64,000 bases of DNA from an uncultured Armatimonadia bacterium (GCA_963749155.1 CAVVLO010000003.1:32001-96000), one strand, 5' to 3'. Counted from the stretch's first letter, positions 29,900-41,400 are shown. Notes: generated from the letters alone by a model not told the origin. Translations and numbers: made by a program.

Positions 29900-31772
29900 T
29901 TAGAACAGCACGTTGATGGAACCACCGAAGTAATCGAGGCTGATGGTCTCCCAGACAGGCTCAAACTCGAAGCTGAGGACATCTTCTCTGATGCGAGCCC
30001 AGGTAAGACGCGCCCAGACATCTTCGGTCAGTTCGCGGTCGTAGCTGACCTGGTAGAGGTCAACGTCGTTGTAGAGGTAGCCATAGCCAGGCTGCCTGTC
30101 AGCTTCGCCGACAACAGCAAAGATTCCGCTATACATCGGCACGAGCCGGGCCCAGCGCAGGTAGATGCCACTGTTGCCCCACTTCTTCTCGAGGTCGGCG
30201 GTCCAGGTGATAGCGCCCTGCTGACCAAGCTGCAGGTACTCGCCCAGAATATAATCCCACGGCAGACCGTTGTAGAGAACGTAGAAATCATACGGATTGC
30301 CGCCATAGTTCCAGGCGTCGTAGGCTTCTTGCTGTTCGGCCCAGGATACGCCGAACTTCCAGTCGCCGGGTTCGTAGTTGTTGCCGACGAAGTCGGCCCG
30401 GATGAAGTAGGCATTGTCGATGTCGGATGGTACTCCTCCGCCACCGGAGGCATTGATTACCTCGCCGAACTCGCCCTTCAGGTTAGCCTTCACGCCGAGG
30501 AACGGCACATCGAGCCCCTCGTATCCAGCCGCAATACCCCAACGCTTGGCGCCAGCTTCAGCGCGGAAGACGTAGGTGCCGTCCAGGCTGAGTCTGCCAA
30601 AGGAATACATGGCTTCGACCAGGCTAGTGGACTCTTCATCTTCTTCGCTGATATAGCTGGCATCCAGCATCCCGAACGCGCCCATAAGGTCCAGCCCGCC
30701 AAGAGCAAAGCAGGCCTTGACGAATTCGCCAGGCTCGATGTCGTTATCCCAGACCAGGCCACAGCCCGTCTTGATACGCTGCCTGCCCAGACGCCAGTCT
30801 ACGCCCTTGAAAAGGCCATCCTGGACGTCTACGTATGCGGTGTCGATGTGGGTGCCGCGCAAGCCTGCAGATGGTCCCTTGACCGAACTCTCACCCATAT
30901 CATCATAGGTTGCATCAGGACGCCAGAGAGTGACATGGCCCTGGGCCTTGTCACTAATCTTGCCGTCGATGTTTACTTTCACCGAGAGATTACTGAAGCG
31001 GTTCCAGCCCTCACGGTTAGGGTAGAAGTCGCGAGCTGGTCCTGGCTCGATTGGGAGTATGCCACCCTCATAAAGCTCCGCTTCGTTGGTGCCAGCTTTC
31101 CACTCGATTACGCCAGTGACTTTGTCGGGCTTGTTCTCGAGGGCGGTTACCCGCGCTTCGAGGGCCGCGAACTTGGTCTCCAGCGCGTCGACCCTGTACA
31201 TCAGGTCGTCCACGTCGGCGCCCAGCATCGCAAGCTCGCCGCGGAACTCCTGCGCCATCGCATCGAGGGCGCCCTTGTCCACGAAGTTCTTGACCGCGGC
31301 GTCGATCATTGCCTGCGCCTCGGCCTTCGAGATGCCTGGCTTGTAGCCCGCAAGCGCTTCGCGAGCCGCTGCTGCTCCAGCCGAGGTGGCGGTGCTGTTA
31401 ACCTGGTTCATGAAAGCCGCGACGTCAGGCAGTTGCACGCCCGCGGCAGCTTTCTGGGCCTCTTCCCGAGCGATGGCGCGAGCCGCCGACTCGGTGATGC
31501 CCATATCCATCCCGGTCTACCTTCGAATCAAGGTAGTCCTCCAGGAAGTCGATCATCCGCGTGAGCATTACCGCGAATTCATAGCGCGTCCAGGTCCGGT
31601 CGCCTTTGAAAGTGCCATCCGGATAACCTTCGACTACGCCCAGATCGGTGAGTTCGTCCACCGCGTCGTAGGCCCAGTGACCGAAGGGCACGTCTGGCAT
31701 ATCCTTGGCGACGGCTGGCACGAGCAAAGCAACCATCAACAACATGGTCACTGCCAGTGCTAGTGTCTTCAT
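29900..31772 (-). CDS. SLH-domain outer-membrane beta-barrel protein (OmpM-like), paralog 2; frameshift near 31515
   Basis: Signal peptide, SLH (DVPFGHWAYDAV..L...G...GYPDGTFKG...TRYEFA), coiled coil (LAxEFRxEL..LG), beta-strand domain, terminal Phe. Confidence 0.85.
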
Positions 31773-31833
31773 TAGTATATCCCCCTTAGGGAGTGAGGGC
31801 GAGGCGAACCTCGCCCCCAGTTGCTTTTGCCAG

Positions 31834-33567
31834 TTAGAAGCTCACGTCGATGGAGCCTGCGAAGTAGTTGAAAGTCTCGTCGTACCGTTCCTCATTCAAC
31901 AGGGCATAGGTCAGTTTGGCGTCTACGCCCTTGGCGATCTCCTTGGTCAGGCTGAGCTGCCACAGGTCGGCGCCGTCATAGGCGGTGAAGTAGCCATTGT
32001 CATCGAGGGGGTGATAGTTGTGGAAATTCACCCAGCGCAACAACGCGTCTACGCCACCGAGGTCCTTGGAGAGAGCTGCGCTCCAGGTCTTGCCACCGAA
32101 GGTGCCTACCAGACTGTTGTCGTCCAGGAGCCAGTCCCAGGCAAGGCCGTTGTACATAACCATGCCGTTGTAGTTGACGCCGCTACGCAGCCAGTACCAG
32201 ATGTCCGGGTTGTCGGAGAAGGTCGCCTTCAGCATCAGGTCGCCAGGCTCATAGCCAGCCCCGGCGATCTTGGCTTCGAGGTACCAGGCGTTGTCCGCGA
32301 CCCAGTCCTTGAGCTGCGTATACTCGCCAGCGACATCGGCCTGGAGCCCGAAGAACGGGATATCCAGCCCATCGTACATCGCGGCGATGCCCCAGCGCTC
32401 GGCTTCATAGTCGCCATAGAAGTCGGCCCGCTGCAGTAGCGTGCCCACCAGGCCAAGTCGGCCAAAGTCGTAAGCAGCCGAGTAGACCTGGATCTCTTCC
32501 TCGTCGCCCGAGTTGAACCAACTTGGGGCCGAGGAGTCGATGAAGCCCAGCAGAGCGGTGAAGTCAATGCCAGCCAGCGTGAAGTTGGCTTTGATGGCCT
32601 CTGCGGGGATGGTATTGTTGTCGAAGGTCAGGCCGCAGCCGGTCTTGTAGTACTGCTTGCCGAAGCGCCAGTCTACGCCCTTGAACAGGCCGTCCTGGAC
32701 ATCTACGTAAGCGGTGTCGATGTGGGTGCCGCGGTTGTCCCAGTCATAGGTGGCATCCGGACGCCAGATACCGATATGGCCCTGGGCCTTGTCGGAGATC
32801 TTGCCATCGATGTTGACGCGCACTTCGAGGTTGCTGAAACGCTCCCAGTTGCCGGCATAAATGCCATTGGCGTCTTCGGCGGTGCCGACGCGCCACTTGA
32901 GGTTGCCAGTGACCTTGTCAGGCTTGTTCTCGAGGGCGTATACGCGGCCATCGAGGGCAACAAGCTTGGCTTCGAGCTGGTCGACGCGATACATCAGATC
33001 GTCTACGTCTACGCCAAGCTCCTGGATATCGGCGCGGAACTCCGCGGCCAGGTTGTCAACGTAGTCTTTGGTCACGAGGTTGCGCACTGCGCCGTCGATC
33101 ATGGCCTGAACCTCGGCTTTGGTAACGCCAGGGCTCATACCGGCCAGGGCGTCTTTGGCAGCCTGCGCGCCAGCGGCGGCAGCGGCGGCCCGAACCTGAT
33201 CCATCGTCATGTCGAAGGTCGGCAGCTTGATGGCCGCAACGGCTTTGGCGGCCTCGTCCTTGGCGATAGCGCGCGCCTCGGCGGCGTCAACGCCAGCCTC
33301 CAGGGCGGCGGTCTTTTCGTCTACGTAGTTCTCGAGGTAATGCACGAGCTTGACTGTGGCCTCGGCGAACTCATAGCGGGTAAGAGTCCTCTGGCCTTTG
33401 TAGGTGCCGTCCGGATAGCCCTGCAGAATGCCGATGTCGGTGAGTTCGTCCACTGCGTCATAGGCCCAGTGGGTGAACGGAACATCGGGCATATCCTTGG
33501 CCATCGCGGGGGCAAGTACGAGCGCTAGCAGCGCTAGCGCTACTACTGCGATTGCGAGTTTTTTCAC
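31834..33567 (-). CDS. SLH-domain outer-membrane beta-barrel protein (OmpM-like), paralog 1
   Basis: Same architecture as paralog 2: DVPFTHWAYDAV, GYPDGTYKG, TRYEFA, AAEFRADIQELG, ends in DVSF. Confidence 0.88.
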   Translation of the reverse strand: MKKLAIAVVALALLALVLAPAMAKDMPDVPFTHWAYDAVDELTDIGILQGYPDGTYKGQRTLTRYEFAEATVKLVHYLENYVDEKTAALEAGVDAAEARAIAKDEAAKAVAAIKLPTFDMTMDQVRAAAAAAGAQAAKDALAGMSPGVTKAEVQAMIDGAVRNLVTKDYVDNLAAEFRADIQELGVDVDDLMYRVDQLEAKLVALDGRVYALENKPDKVTGNLKWRVGTAEDANGIYAGNWERFSNLEVRVNIDGKISDKAQGHIGIWRPDATYDWDNRGTHIDTAYVDVQDGLFKGVDWRFGKQYYKTGCGLTFDNNTIPAEAIKANFTLAGIDFTALLGFIDSSAPSWFNSGDEEEIQVYSAAYDFGRLGLVGTLLQRADFYGDYEAERWGIAAMYDGLDIPFFGLQADVAGEYTQLKDWVADNAWYLEAKIAGAGYEPGDLMLKATFSDNPDIWYWLRSGVNYNGMVMYNGLAWDWLLDDNSLVGTFGGKTWSAALSKDLGGVDALLRWVNFHNYHPLDDNGYFTAYDGADLWQLSLTKEIAKGVDAKLTYALLNEERYDETFNYFAGSIDVSF

Positions 33568-33790
33568 TTTGATTTCCCCTTGTTGGTGTTTTTCGCTGGA
33601 ATCTTTTTCAAGGGGTTGCTTTGAGGAGGGATGGAGAGTGACCTAGTTTCCTTCCATACCAGCCTCAACGCGCACCCACACGATACCTAAGCCCTGGGCG
33701 AGGTCTCGGGGGACACCTCCCTTGCGACCAGATTGCCACTCGACTTTGGTTTCGACTCCAGCTTGGAACGACTTGCTTATCGTTATTATA
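33568..33790 (-). promoter_or_regulatory. TATAAT promoter and ~210-nt structured 5' leader of the SLH-porin genes
   Basis: TATAAT at 33785..33790 (minus); inverted repeats at 33702..33729, 33621..33668 and 33576..33615. Confidence 0.55.
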
Positions 33791-33906
33791 CGGCATATTG
33801 AGAATTCCTTCCTACCCAACAGAAAAAAAGCAGAAGTTTTAAAGATAAATTGACAAAACGCTTCGTCAGCAAGAGATTAGTCTCGCGAACTAGCTAAGGT
33901 CAGTTC

Positions 33907-36900
33907 TTAAGGGTGCAAACTTGTTACTCCTGTGAGCGAGCCCCCCTCTGTCGCTCTGAGCCGCCACACAAGCAACCACTGATGATAATTGTTCGCAACT
34001 TTGGCAACAAAAAGATTGTTTCCCTGCTTCAGATGGACTTGCACACGATCCTCATCGGTCTTGGCTTCTCTTGGGGGAAGAGATTGATGCACGAGTTCGC
34101 CATTCAGATAAATCTGGCAACCGTCATCGGTGCCCAGCAGCAGCAGCGCCTCTTGCTCGCGGTCCGAGACTACCTGCGCAGCGGCATAAGCGATACCTTG
34201 CTCATACTGCCCAAAGTAGTCATTGAAGTTGAATCGGGGCGCGTTTTCGCCAGCGGGTAAAATCCAGGGCGCCTCTACCCAAAGGGCCTCTCCCGTCTCG
34301 TTTACATAACTTTTGCCCAGCTCAAAATCCGTATCCGGAGGAAGTGGATCAGCCGCATCGCCGAAGCCCCCGGATTTGAATACGCCAAGCGCTTTTACTG
34401 GTTGTAGCCAACTGAAATCAATCGAGGCGGATTCGGTTAAAGTCGCGACAGCCTTGCGGAAGGTGATCTCGGCTTCGAGTACAACGGGCACCTCGGCGAC
34501 TGGCAACTGGGAAGGCGGAGTAATTATCAGATTGAGCTGAGCCGTCCCAGCAACAGGTTCCAGCTTCCAGCCCTGCGGTTCTTTCAAGCGAAGGCGGTAG
34601 GTAGCCCCCTTGAGCGCGGAAGGCAGACTGAGTGAGCCGACCACCTTCAAGCGATTCCCTTCAGCCTGGGTTAGGTCAACTGTCAGACCTACCCCAAACA
34701 GAAGCTTGAGAAGCTCACTTTGGATGCCAGTATAGGAGCTATTTTTGACTACTGCTGGCCAAAGGTCGGCATAGGTCTTTTCCGCATCAGAAACGAGCTG
34801 GACAAGCTCTTCAGAATTTGCTCCTGTCTGGGCAGCTCGCCAAAGCTTGGCTTTCACCTGGGCGGCTCCATCGGTCAGTTGCCTGGAAAGTTCTGCAGGC
34901 CCGCCTGAACGATCCAGTTGCTGCGCAGCGCGCTCGGTGCGGCTAGCATATTGTTTAAGCTGCAGCAGCCGGGAGAGGCGCGCTTCATCTGGCAAGCCCG
35001 AGACGGTCAGCGTCGCCCCCTTGCTCACAGCCTGTTCGGGAAGCTGCACTGTAAGTATCCACTTGCCTGCATCATGTTGCCAGCCGGGCGCGTCTTCAGA
35101 CTGAGCCAGAGACTTGCCCCCCAGCCTTACTTCGCCTGGCTTCATCACGCCATGCAGACGAAGGGTATAGATCCGTTCCTGGGGAGCTCCTTCATACCTG
35201 CCTGTCGTCGGCCCAAGCTTAACTGTAGCAGTGCCCACTTCCAGCCTGACCTGCAAGGGAGTGCGCGCATACAATCCTTCCTGGTAGGCCAGAGTCTTGC
35301 CATCGTCTTCATACAGCGTGAAGTCTCCGGCTTTGCCCAGCCAGGCGTCGATGGTGAGTTCTCTTCCGGTAGCCTCTTCCAGGGTCTGGGTCACGGGCTG
35401 GGTTGGAAGCAGCGCGCCTGCTTTCACAAAGAGCGGTATGGTCGAGATATCAGCGCGGTAAAGCAGAGTCTGGGGCCCTTCATACGCCTCTTCGGTCCAG
35501 TAGTCATACCAAAGTCCTGGCGGCAGCCATACAGTTTGGGTTGCATACCCCTCTGCTCCGGCTGGGCGCGTTATTGGAGCAACGAGCAGATTGGCGCCAA
35601 GCAGATACTGCTGAGGATTCGCATAAGCTTCTGAAAGAGCCGGATATTCAAGATACATAGGCCGCGAAAGCGGTTTGCTGGTGAGGAAAGCCTCATGCGC
35701 AAGGCTGTAGAGATACGGCGCCAGGCGGTATCGCCACTGGAAATAGTCTCTTGTTATACGAAGCGCCTTGTTGCCATATTCCCAGGGTTCGCGCACGCCG
35801 TGGTTGCTGTGCAGGCGCAGCACGGGGCTGAAAACGCCAAACTGCACCCAGCGCAGATAGAGTTCGGTATCAATTTTGTTGCCCATAAAGCCGCCGATGT
35901 CATGCGACCAATAGGCATAACCGACATTGCCGGCCTTCGCCGTGAAGGGCACCTCATATTCGAGAACGCCCCACTCGCTGAAGGTATCTCCCGAGAAGCC
36001 AAGTGGATAACGATGGGTACCCAGCCCACCGTAGCGGGAGAAGATAAGCCCGCGTTTGCCGGTGTGCTGCTGGGTGTCGAGGTAATAACACCGGTTGGTC
36101 CACAGGAAGCAATTTAGCCCATCCATCCCCGCTGCGCAGCCATCTATCCAGGTGAAGTCCATCCCCTGATCCAGCAAATCGTGATGGACCACATCGAAAA
36201 ACGCCTCTGACTGAGCCTTCACCGCATGATTGACACGAGCACCGGTGTCGGTCAGCTCAGGGGCCGCCTGATCTACATAGGCCTGGTAGTGGCTGTCTTC
36301 TTTATTAAGCACCCCAGGATGATCGTTGAAGCTGAGCTTGACCTGATTTTGCTTGAGAAAGTCTACGAATCCCGCTGGATCAGGAAAAAGGTCGCGATTC
36401 CAGTCGTAGCCAGTCCAGCCATACAGGTGCCAGTCAACATCACTCACCAGCACGTCAAGCGGAATATCGAGTTCTTGGAAACGTTTTACGATGGCCTCTT
36501 CTTCTGCCTGGGTAAAGGGCCAATAACGCGAATACCAGGCGCCGAAGGCGAATTTTGGAGGCACCGGGATGGGGCCGCAAAGCTGGGTATACCAGCGCAG
36601 ACCCTGGGCGTAATCCAGACCATAGCAGAAGAAATACCAGTCCTGGCCGCGCGGCTGGGGACGCTCGATAATCCACTGCTCGGTTGTATCCCACAGGGGC
36701 GAATTGGTGTCGTCGAGCAAAAACCAGCCACTTCGACTAAGCACACCGGTGTCGACCGCGTAGAGGTTGCTGGAGTTCATAACGTCAAGACTGGTGCGCG
36801 TTCCGCCCAGATTGAGTGGATCTTGCTGGCCTGGTTGCCAGGTCGCAGTTCCGCCATCAGTGGCCCAGAGCAGCATCAGGTTGCTTTGGGCAAAGGCTTC

Positions 36901-37203
36901 GCTTCCCTTATATCTAAGCGTTAGCCTCTCAGTCTTTATCTCAAGCAGATCGGCTTGTTCGGCAACGGTATAAGGCACTTCTGAAAACCTGCGATTGGTA
37001 ACAAGGGCAGTTGTCTGGTCATCAAAGGCGCCATCAGGGGCGTATTCGAGTCGGATAAGCCCGTCATCAAGGACGGAGAAGCGCGCGTTGCCTTGTACCA
37101 CCTGATTGCCGACGCGTTCATATGCCTGGGCAAGCCCGACGGAACAGGCCAGCAGCAACAAGGAACAAAGCAACAAACTGATTTTAGGGTAAGCGCGATT
37201 CAT
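33907..37203 (-). CDS. Secreted GH31 glycoside hydrolase with C-terminal accessory domains
   Basis: GAWYSRYW, IPLDVLVSDVDWH, WIDG, RYPLGFSGD, WSHDIGGF, RWVQFGVFSPVLRLH, LYEDDG. Confidence 0.92.
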   Translation of the reverse strand: MNRAYPKISLLLCSLLLLACSVGLAQAYERVGNQVVQGNARFSVLDDGLIRLEYAPDGAFDDQTTALVTNRRFSEVPYTVAEQADLLEIKTERLTLRYKGSEAFAQSNLMLLWATDGGTATWQPGQQDPLNLGGTRTSLDVMNSSNLYAVDTGVLSRSGWFLLDDTNSPLWDTTEQWIIERPQPRGQDWYFFCYGLDYAQGLRWYTQLCGPIPVPPKFAFGAWYSRYWPFTQAEEEAIVKRFQELDIPLDVLVSDVDWHLYGWTGYDWNRDLFPDPAGFVDFLKQNQVKLSFNDHPGVLNKEDSHYQAYVDQAAPELTDTGARVNHAVKAQSEAFFDVVHHDLLDQGMDFTWIDGCAAGMDGLNCFLWTNRCYYLDTQQHTGKRGLIFSRYGGLGTHRYPLGFSGDTFSEWGVLEYEVPFTAKAGNVGYAYWSHDIGGFMGNKIDTELYLRWVQFGVFSPVLRLHSNHGVREPWEYGNKALRITRDYFQWRYRLAPYLYSLAHEAFLTSKPLSRPMYLEYPALSEAYANPQQYLLGANLLVAPITRPAGAEGYATQTVWLPPGLWYDYWTEEAYEGPQTLLYRADISTIPLFVKAGALLPTQPVTQTLEEATGRELTIDAWLGKAGDFTLYEDDGKTLAYQEGLYARTPLQVRLEVGTATVKLGPTTGRYEGAPQERIYTLRLHGVMKPGEVRLGGKSLAQSEDAPGWQHDAGKWILTVQLPEQAVSKGATLTVSGLPDEARLSRLLQLKQYASRTERAAQQLDRSGGPAELSRQLTDGAAQVKAKLWRAAQTGANSEELVQLVSDAEKTYADLWPAVVKNSSYTGIQSELLKLLFGVGLTVDLTQAEGNRLKVVGSLSLPSALKGATYRLRLKEPQGWKLEPVAGTAQLNLIITPPSQLPVAEVPVVLEAEITFRKAVATLTESASIDFSWLQPVKALGVFKSGGFGDAADPLPPDTDFELGKSYVNETGEALWVEAPWILPAGENAPRFNFNDYFGQYEQGIAYAAAQVVSDREQEALLLLGTDDGCQIYLNGELVHQSLPPREAKTDEDRVQVHLKQGNNLFVAKVANNYHQWLLVWRLRATEGGSLTGVTSLHP

Positions 37204-37243
37204 TATTTATCACTCTCCATATCGGCACTGACGACCAAAAGCT

Positions 37244-37681
37244 TTAGGCCTGAGGAGTTTCTTTCCAGGCCATATCATAAAAAATCCAGAGTTGGAGAAG
37301 GGGGACAAAGCTGCCCAGGGCATACCAATAGGGCTTGCTCAGCTTTTCAGAGATAATCCAGATGGCATAACCCCCAAACAGCACCAGGCCCAATAAGGCA
37401 AGCAGTTGGACGGGAAGCAGGGGAATAACCAGGCCAAGCACCAGGATGACTGGCACCCAGTCGGGCAAGCCAGCAAGTTCTGCGCCGAATATTAGCTGGG
37501 CAATCGGTATCCAGGCGAGGAAAGGGTGCTTGTGCTCAAGTTTCTGGGCAATTTTCATCCAGCAGAAAGCGCCCCAGAAGTAAAAAACGGCAAGATAGGC
37601 GACGATTGCGATGACGGCAACCATACCAAGCAGCTGCCAGTAATCGCAAAGAAGGCAATATACATCCTGTGGTTGCTCCAT
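37244..37681 (-). CDS. Small multi-pass membrane protein (DUF5684-like, AWIP motif)
   Basis: KIAQKL...LAWIPI...KLSKP.W; paralog of the next gene. Confidence 0.7.
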   Translation of the reverse strand: MEQPQDVYCLLCDYWQLLGMVAVIAIVAYLAVFYFWGAFCWMKIAQKLEHKHPFLAWIPIAQLIFGAELAGLPDWVPVILVLGLVIPLLPVQLLALLGLVLFGGYAIWIISEKLSKPYWYALGSFVPLLQLWIFYDMAWKETPQA

Positions 37682-37744
37682 ATTGGCTCTCCTTTGATGA
37701 TAGTCGGTTTTGCCTTCGAGGGGTGAAGTAAATATCCTGCAAAC

Positions 37745-37774
37745 AAAAGGGCGCCCCTGTTAGAGGGCGCCCTT
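37745..37774 (-). terminator. Intrinsic terminator
   Basis: AAGGGCGCCC-N8-GGGCGCCCTT with a T-tract on the minus strand. Confidence 0.75.
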
Positions 37775-37799
37775 CGAAAGCCACTAGTCCAGGTCGGTA

Positions 37800-38306
37800 T
37801 TACTCGGCCGGTGGCGGAGGCGGAGGAGGCGGCGCCTGACCGGCTGGCGGCTCCCAAGTGGTAGTCGTCTGGGCGGTAACAGGCTGGGCGCCCCAGGCCA
37901 TGTCATAGATAACCCAAAGGTTCAGGAGTGGGATAACAATGCCCACACAATACCATTCGGGCTTCCCCAGCTTGCGGGCGATGTTGAGGGTCGCATAGAT
38001 CATTACGACCAACCAGCCGATGCCTGCCAGAATGTTAACAAAGGGGATGAAATAGCCCACAATCAGCACTATTGGCACCCAAACAGGCAGGTCACCGAGG
38101 ATCGCAATCATGAACATATTTGCGACTGGTATCCAGGCAAGCCAGGAGTATTCATACCGAAGGTTGTTACCGATTCTCATCCAGGCGAGTGCGCCGAACA
38201 CATAGGCGGCTAGACCGATAACTATGGCGAAGATCATCATTCCACCGAACATCGCCATTGCTCCTGCCCCTAAAGCCGCGTCTGGCATGGTCATTGGAGC
38301 GTCCAA
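37800..38306 (-). CDS. Membrane protein (DUF5684-like) with C-terminal poly-Pro tail
   Basis: WLAWIPVAN...RKLGKPEW...YDMAW; tail PPPPPPP. Confidence 0.75.
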   Translation of the reverse strand: MDAPMTMPDAALGAGAMAMFGGMMIFAIVIGLAAYVFGALAWMRIGNNLRYEYSWLAWIPVANMFMIAILGDLPVWVPIVLIVGYFIPFVNILAGIGWLVVMIYATLNIARKLGKPEWYCVGIVIPLLNLWVIYDMAWGAQPVTAQTTTTWEPPAGQAPPPPPPPPAE

Positions 38307-38429
38307 AGCAATTACCCCCTCTTAATTGGTCTCTTCTGTCTGTGTGTCACTGTCAAATCAAGGTTCGACACCCTTGAAAGTTTCCTGCAAATCCCCTGCT
38401 TATTATTAGAGAATTTCTCAGATTCTTTT

Positions 38430-41400
38430 CTAGGGAGCCAATTTGAAGCGTACATCAGCAATTATCGGAGTGCCGTGAGGCACCCCTGTGCCAACCGCAT
38501 AAGGCCAATCGGAAGGCTGAGTATAGGCGTTTGTATGGAAGGTTGAGCTAAACAGCCTGCCATCCGCAAGCTCCACCACGACACAGAAGCCTCTTATGCG
38601 GAAGTAATCAGCCCCCAGGTTCTCGACCTGGACAGTGGTTGCTGGCGTAAGCGCCTGGATGGCTTCCTTAGTCAGAGGGAGGCGGACCGGTTCGCCCCAG
38701 GTCATCTCGGCCTCTCCTCCCGTGCCAGAGGGCATCGTGCCGAGGTTTATTCCATTGATGACGAGTTCGCTGACATAGGGTTGCTCAGCCTGAAGCCCTG
38801 CGGCCTCATACTGAACCCAGCCCGAGACAGCGTTGTGCAGGTCTGCAAGTGTCACATCCTGAAGCTCGTAAGGCCCTGGCGAATGCTTGAGCTGGCGCGG
38901 AGAGTCATAAAGGCCAACGTCCATCAGTTCCTCGGCGCTTTCAAGGGTGAATTCTGCCCAACAGGCCCAGTCACCTGAAGAATTGTCCTGCTCTCCCACG
39001 TCAGAAATCAACTTGAAACGCACCTGCTGCCCCGCCCAGGCTGACAAGTCGGCTTCAAGCGGAAGCCAGAGATGCTCTTCCACAAGTTGGCTGGCGACAA
39101 TCTCGCTATGGCCGCTCTCATCCACGATGGCCAGCTTAAAGAGGATGCCATCTCCCCTGTCGCTGCCATCCATCTTGCCTACGACACAGCTAAAAGTGGC
39201 AGGCACATCAGCCGGCAACTTTACTGGTGCAAGCAGCGCATAGCTATAGCCAGGCCCTGTCATCCAGGGCGGATGCATAAAGATCCCCATCCGCTCTACT
39301 CCCCCACAACTCATCCGCTTGGAGGCCGCCCAGGCGCCTGTCGCAGCGGCCGGTGGGCGTTCCTGGCCTTCCCGCAAGCACTCGCCTACATCATATGTCG
39401 TAGGCACCTCGGCCACTTGCACTCGTCCAAGCTCCGCAAGTAGCCACCAACTGCGCTGGTAAGTCGAGGTGGCGGAACTCACCGTCAGAGGTATCTCTTC
39501 CAAAGTCTCGTTTGCTGGTTCGCGCCAGGCAAAAGGCAACTGGACAGTCTGGCCAGGAATCAATTCAACCTGCTTAACCTGCCCTGCCAGGTCTACTTTG
39601 ACTTGTGCAGGCGCAGCCAGTGCGGAGCGCAAAGTCAGTACCATCACCGCGTCCGCTGCTTCCCTCTCGCCAAAGGAGGGCAGCCGTAAAGCCGCGTCCA
39701 CCATTGACTTCACCCAGAAATCAATCGCTGCGCCTTCCAGCTCGACCACGAGCCTGGTGTTGGGCGGTGTGTTGCTGGGGATGGTGTATTCATGGCTTTC
39801 TGCACCTTTTATGAGTACTGTCTCTCCTGGCACCACCTCCGTGCGCTCACTTTGCAAGGTGATTGCAGGCGGGCTCTTTGGCGTCAAGAGGTAGCTTGTT
39901 GCACCTTCCACAGGAGACAAAAGCACTTGTCCTCGGCAGAACTGGACCTGGGCGGGGCCTAGCTCGTTTTCAGCAAAATCCAGCGCAACCGCAGAAGCAG
40001 ACTGGCCCGAAAAGGCTACCGAAACAGGTTTCTCGTTAACGTAAGGGAAGACTTCAAGGGAACCATCTTCCCTCTTGATGGCAGCAAAACTGCCTTCAGC
40101 CGCTGCTTCCGGAAGACGCGTAAAGCTGCCGCGCCCATCCATATAGGTGTATGCAGGGCTGAGGGCGTAGTCGAATCGGTGACCGTCCAGGTTGAGGCTT
40201 GCGGCAAGCTGGAGCACCTTGTCTCCATCCAGCAGATAACCTGCCCAGCCATTGGGCGGTAAGACTACTTTGTTGCCTTTAAGGCCGAGGGCTGCCATCA
40301 CGACAGAAGGCAACTCGACTGCCCAGTCCTCTTTTTCGTTCCCATTGACCACCGTTACGCAGCCGTTTGCGTAGGTGTTGCGGATCTGGTTGCGAGTGTA
40401 GGCGCCGGAAGCGACAGCATGACTGGTATCCAGCATACGGCCTTCCGCATCGGCGTATTCAATGGTCGCAACGAGTTCGTCCGCGTATTCTGTGGCCAGC
40501 TGCTGAATAAGGAAATAGGCTCTTGCTGTGCCATCCAGCCCTGCGCCCTGCTCGAAGAAGCCCGGATGGCCGAAAGCCACGGTTGCCGCCAGGAAGCGAT
40601 CAAGCCTCGTCACCCGCTCTGGCCCAGAACCGAGGCCTTCATCCATTGGGTAGAACATCCCCGGGTTGCCCATCCCAAAGCCAACGCAAAGGGGATGCAT
40701 CTTCCTCAAATCAAAATCTACCAGCCAGGGATTCTGAGGGATACGATATTCGGGATCCTGGCCATAGTTGCCGTCAGTCAGCCCCACATAATACCAGTGA
40801 GCGCGCCCCTCGCTGTAGACTGGGCCGTTCCAGGTTGCCTTCTGATGCAGCATTATTTCGCCATAGCTGTAGATGGTCGAGGTGAAGGCGGCAGCGCCTG
40901 GCACGCGCGCATCGAAATCGGTGTAATCCCAGGGATGTACCGCTGTGTGGACATCACAATAAGCAGTGCTGAGATTAAACTTCTCCTGGATGATAGGCGC
41001 AATCTTTGCCTCAAGCTCGACTGCGCGAGAGGGCTTCAGATGGTAGCAACGAGGCCAGGCGGGCCTCCATTGGCCATCTGAGAGTCTCGATACGAAGTCC
41101 TCGTCCCAATATTCGTTGACTGGCGAAAAATCTGTGTAATTGTTGTAGATGCCATACCGGAAGCCCAAGTCCTGGATGGCTTTGGAATACCAGGCCTGGG
41201 ACTCATCTCCGCCTCGACCAGGCGCCGCTTTGGTCCTCAGCGTGAAGCTCTCTCCCCCATCGCGCCAGCCAGTTTCGTGGTCGGTGATGAGGATCTCGGT
41301 CATACCAAGCCTGCTATAACGCTGCCAATGGGCATAATCGCCCTTCCGGTCCCAGGCGCCATGGGCAATCCAAACGCGCTCTGAAGTCACATCGAACCAG

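Noticed and set aside
29786..33528. Long plus-strand ORFs (592, 244, 268 aa)
   Set aside because: Antisense shadows of the strongly codon-biased SLH-porin genes.
29900..33567. Diversity-generating retroelement or shufflon acting on the porin pair
   Set aside because: No reverse transcriptase or recombinase, and the differences are not adenine-specific.
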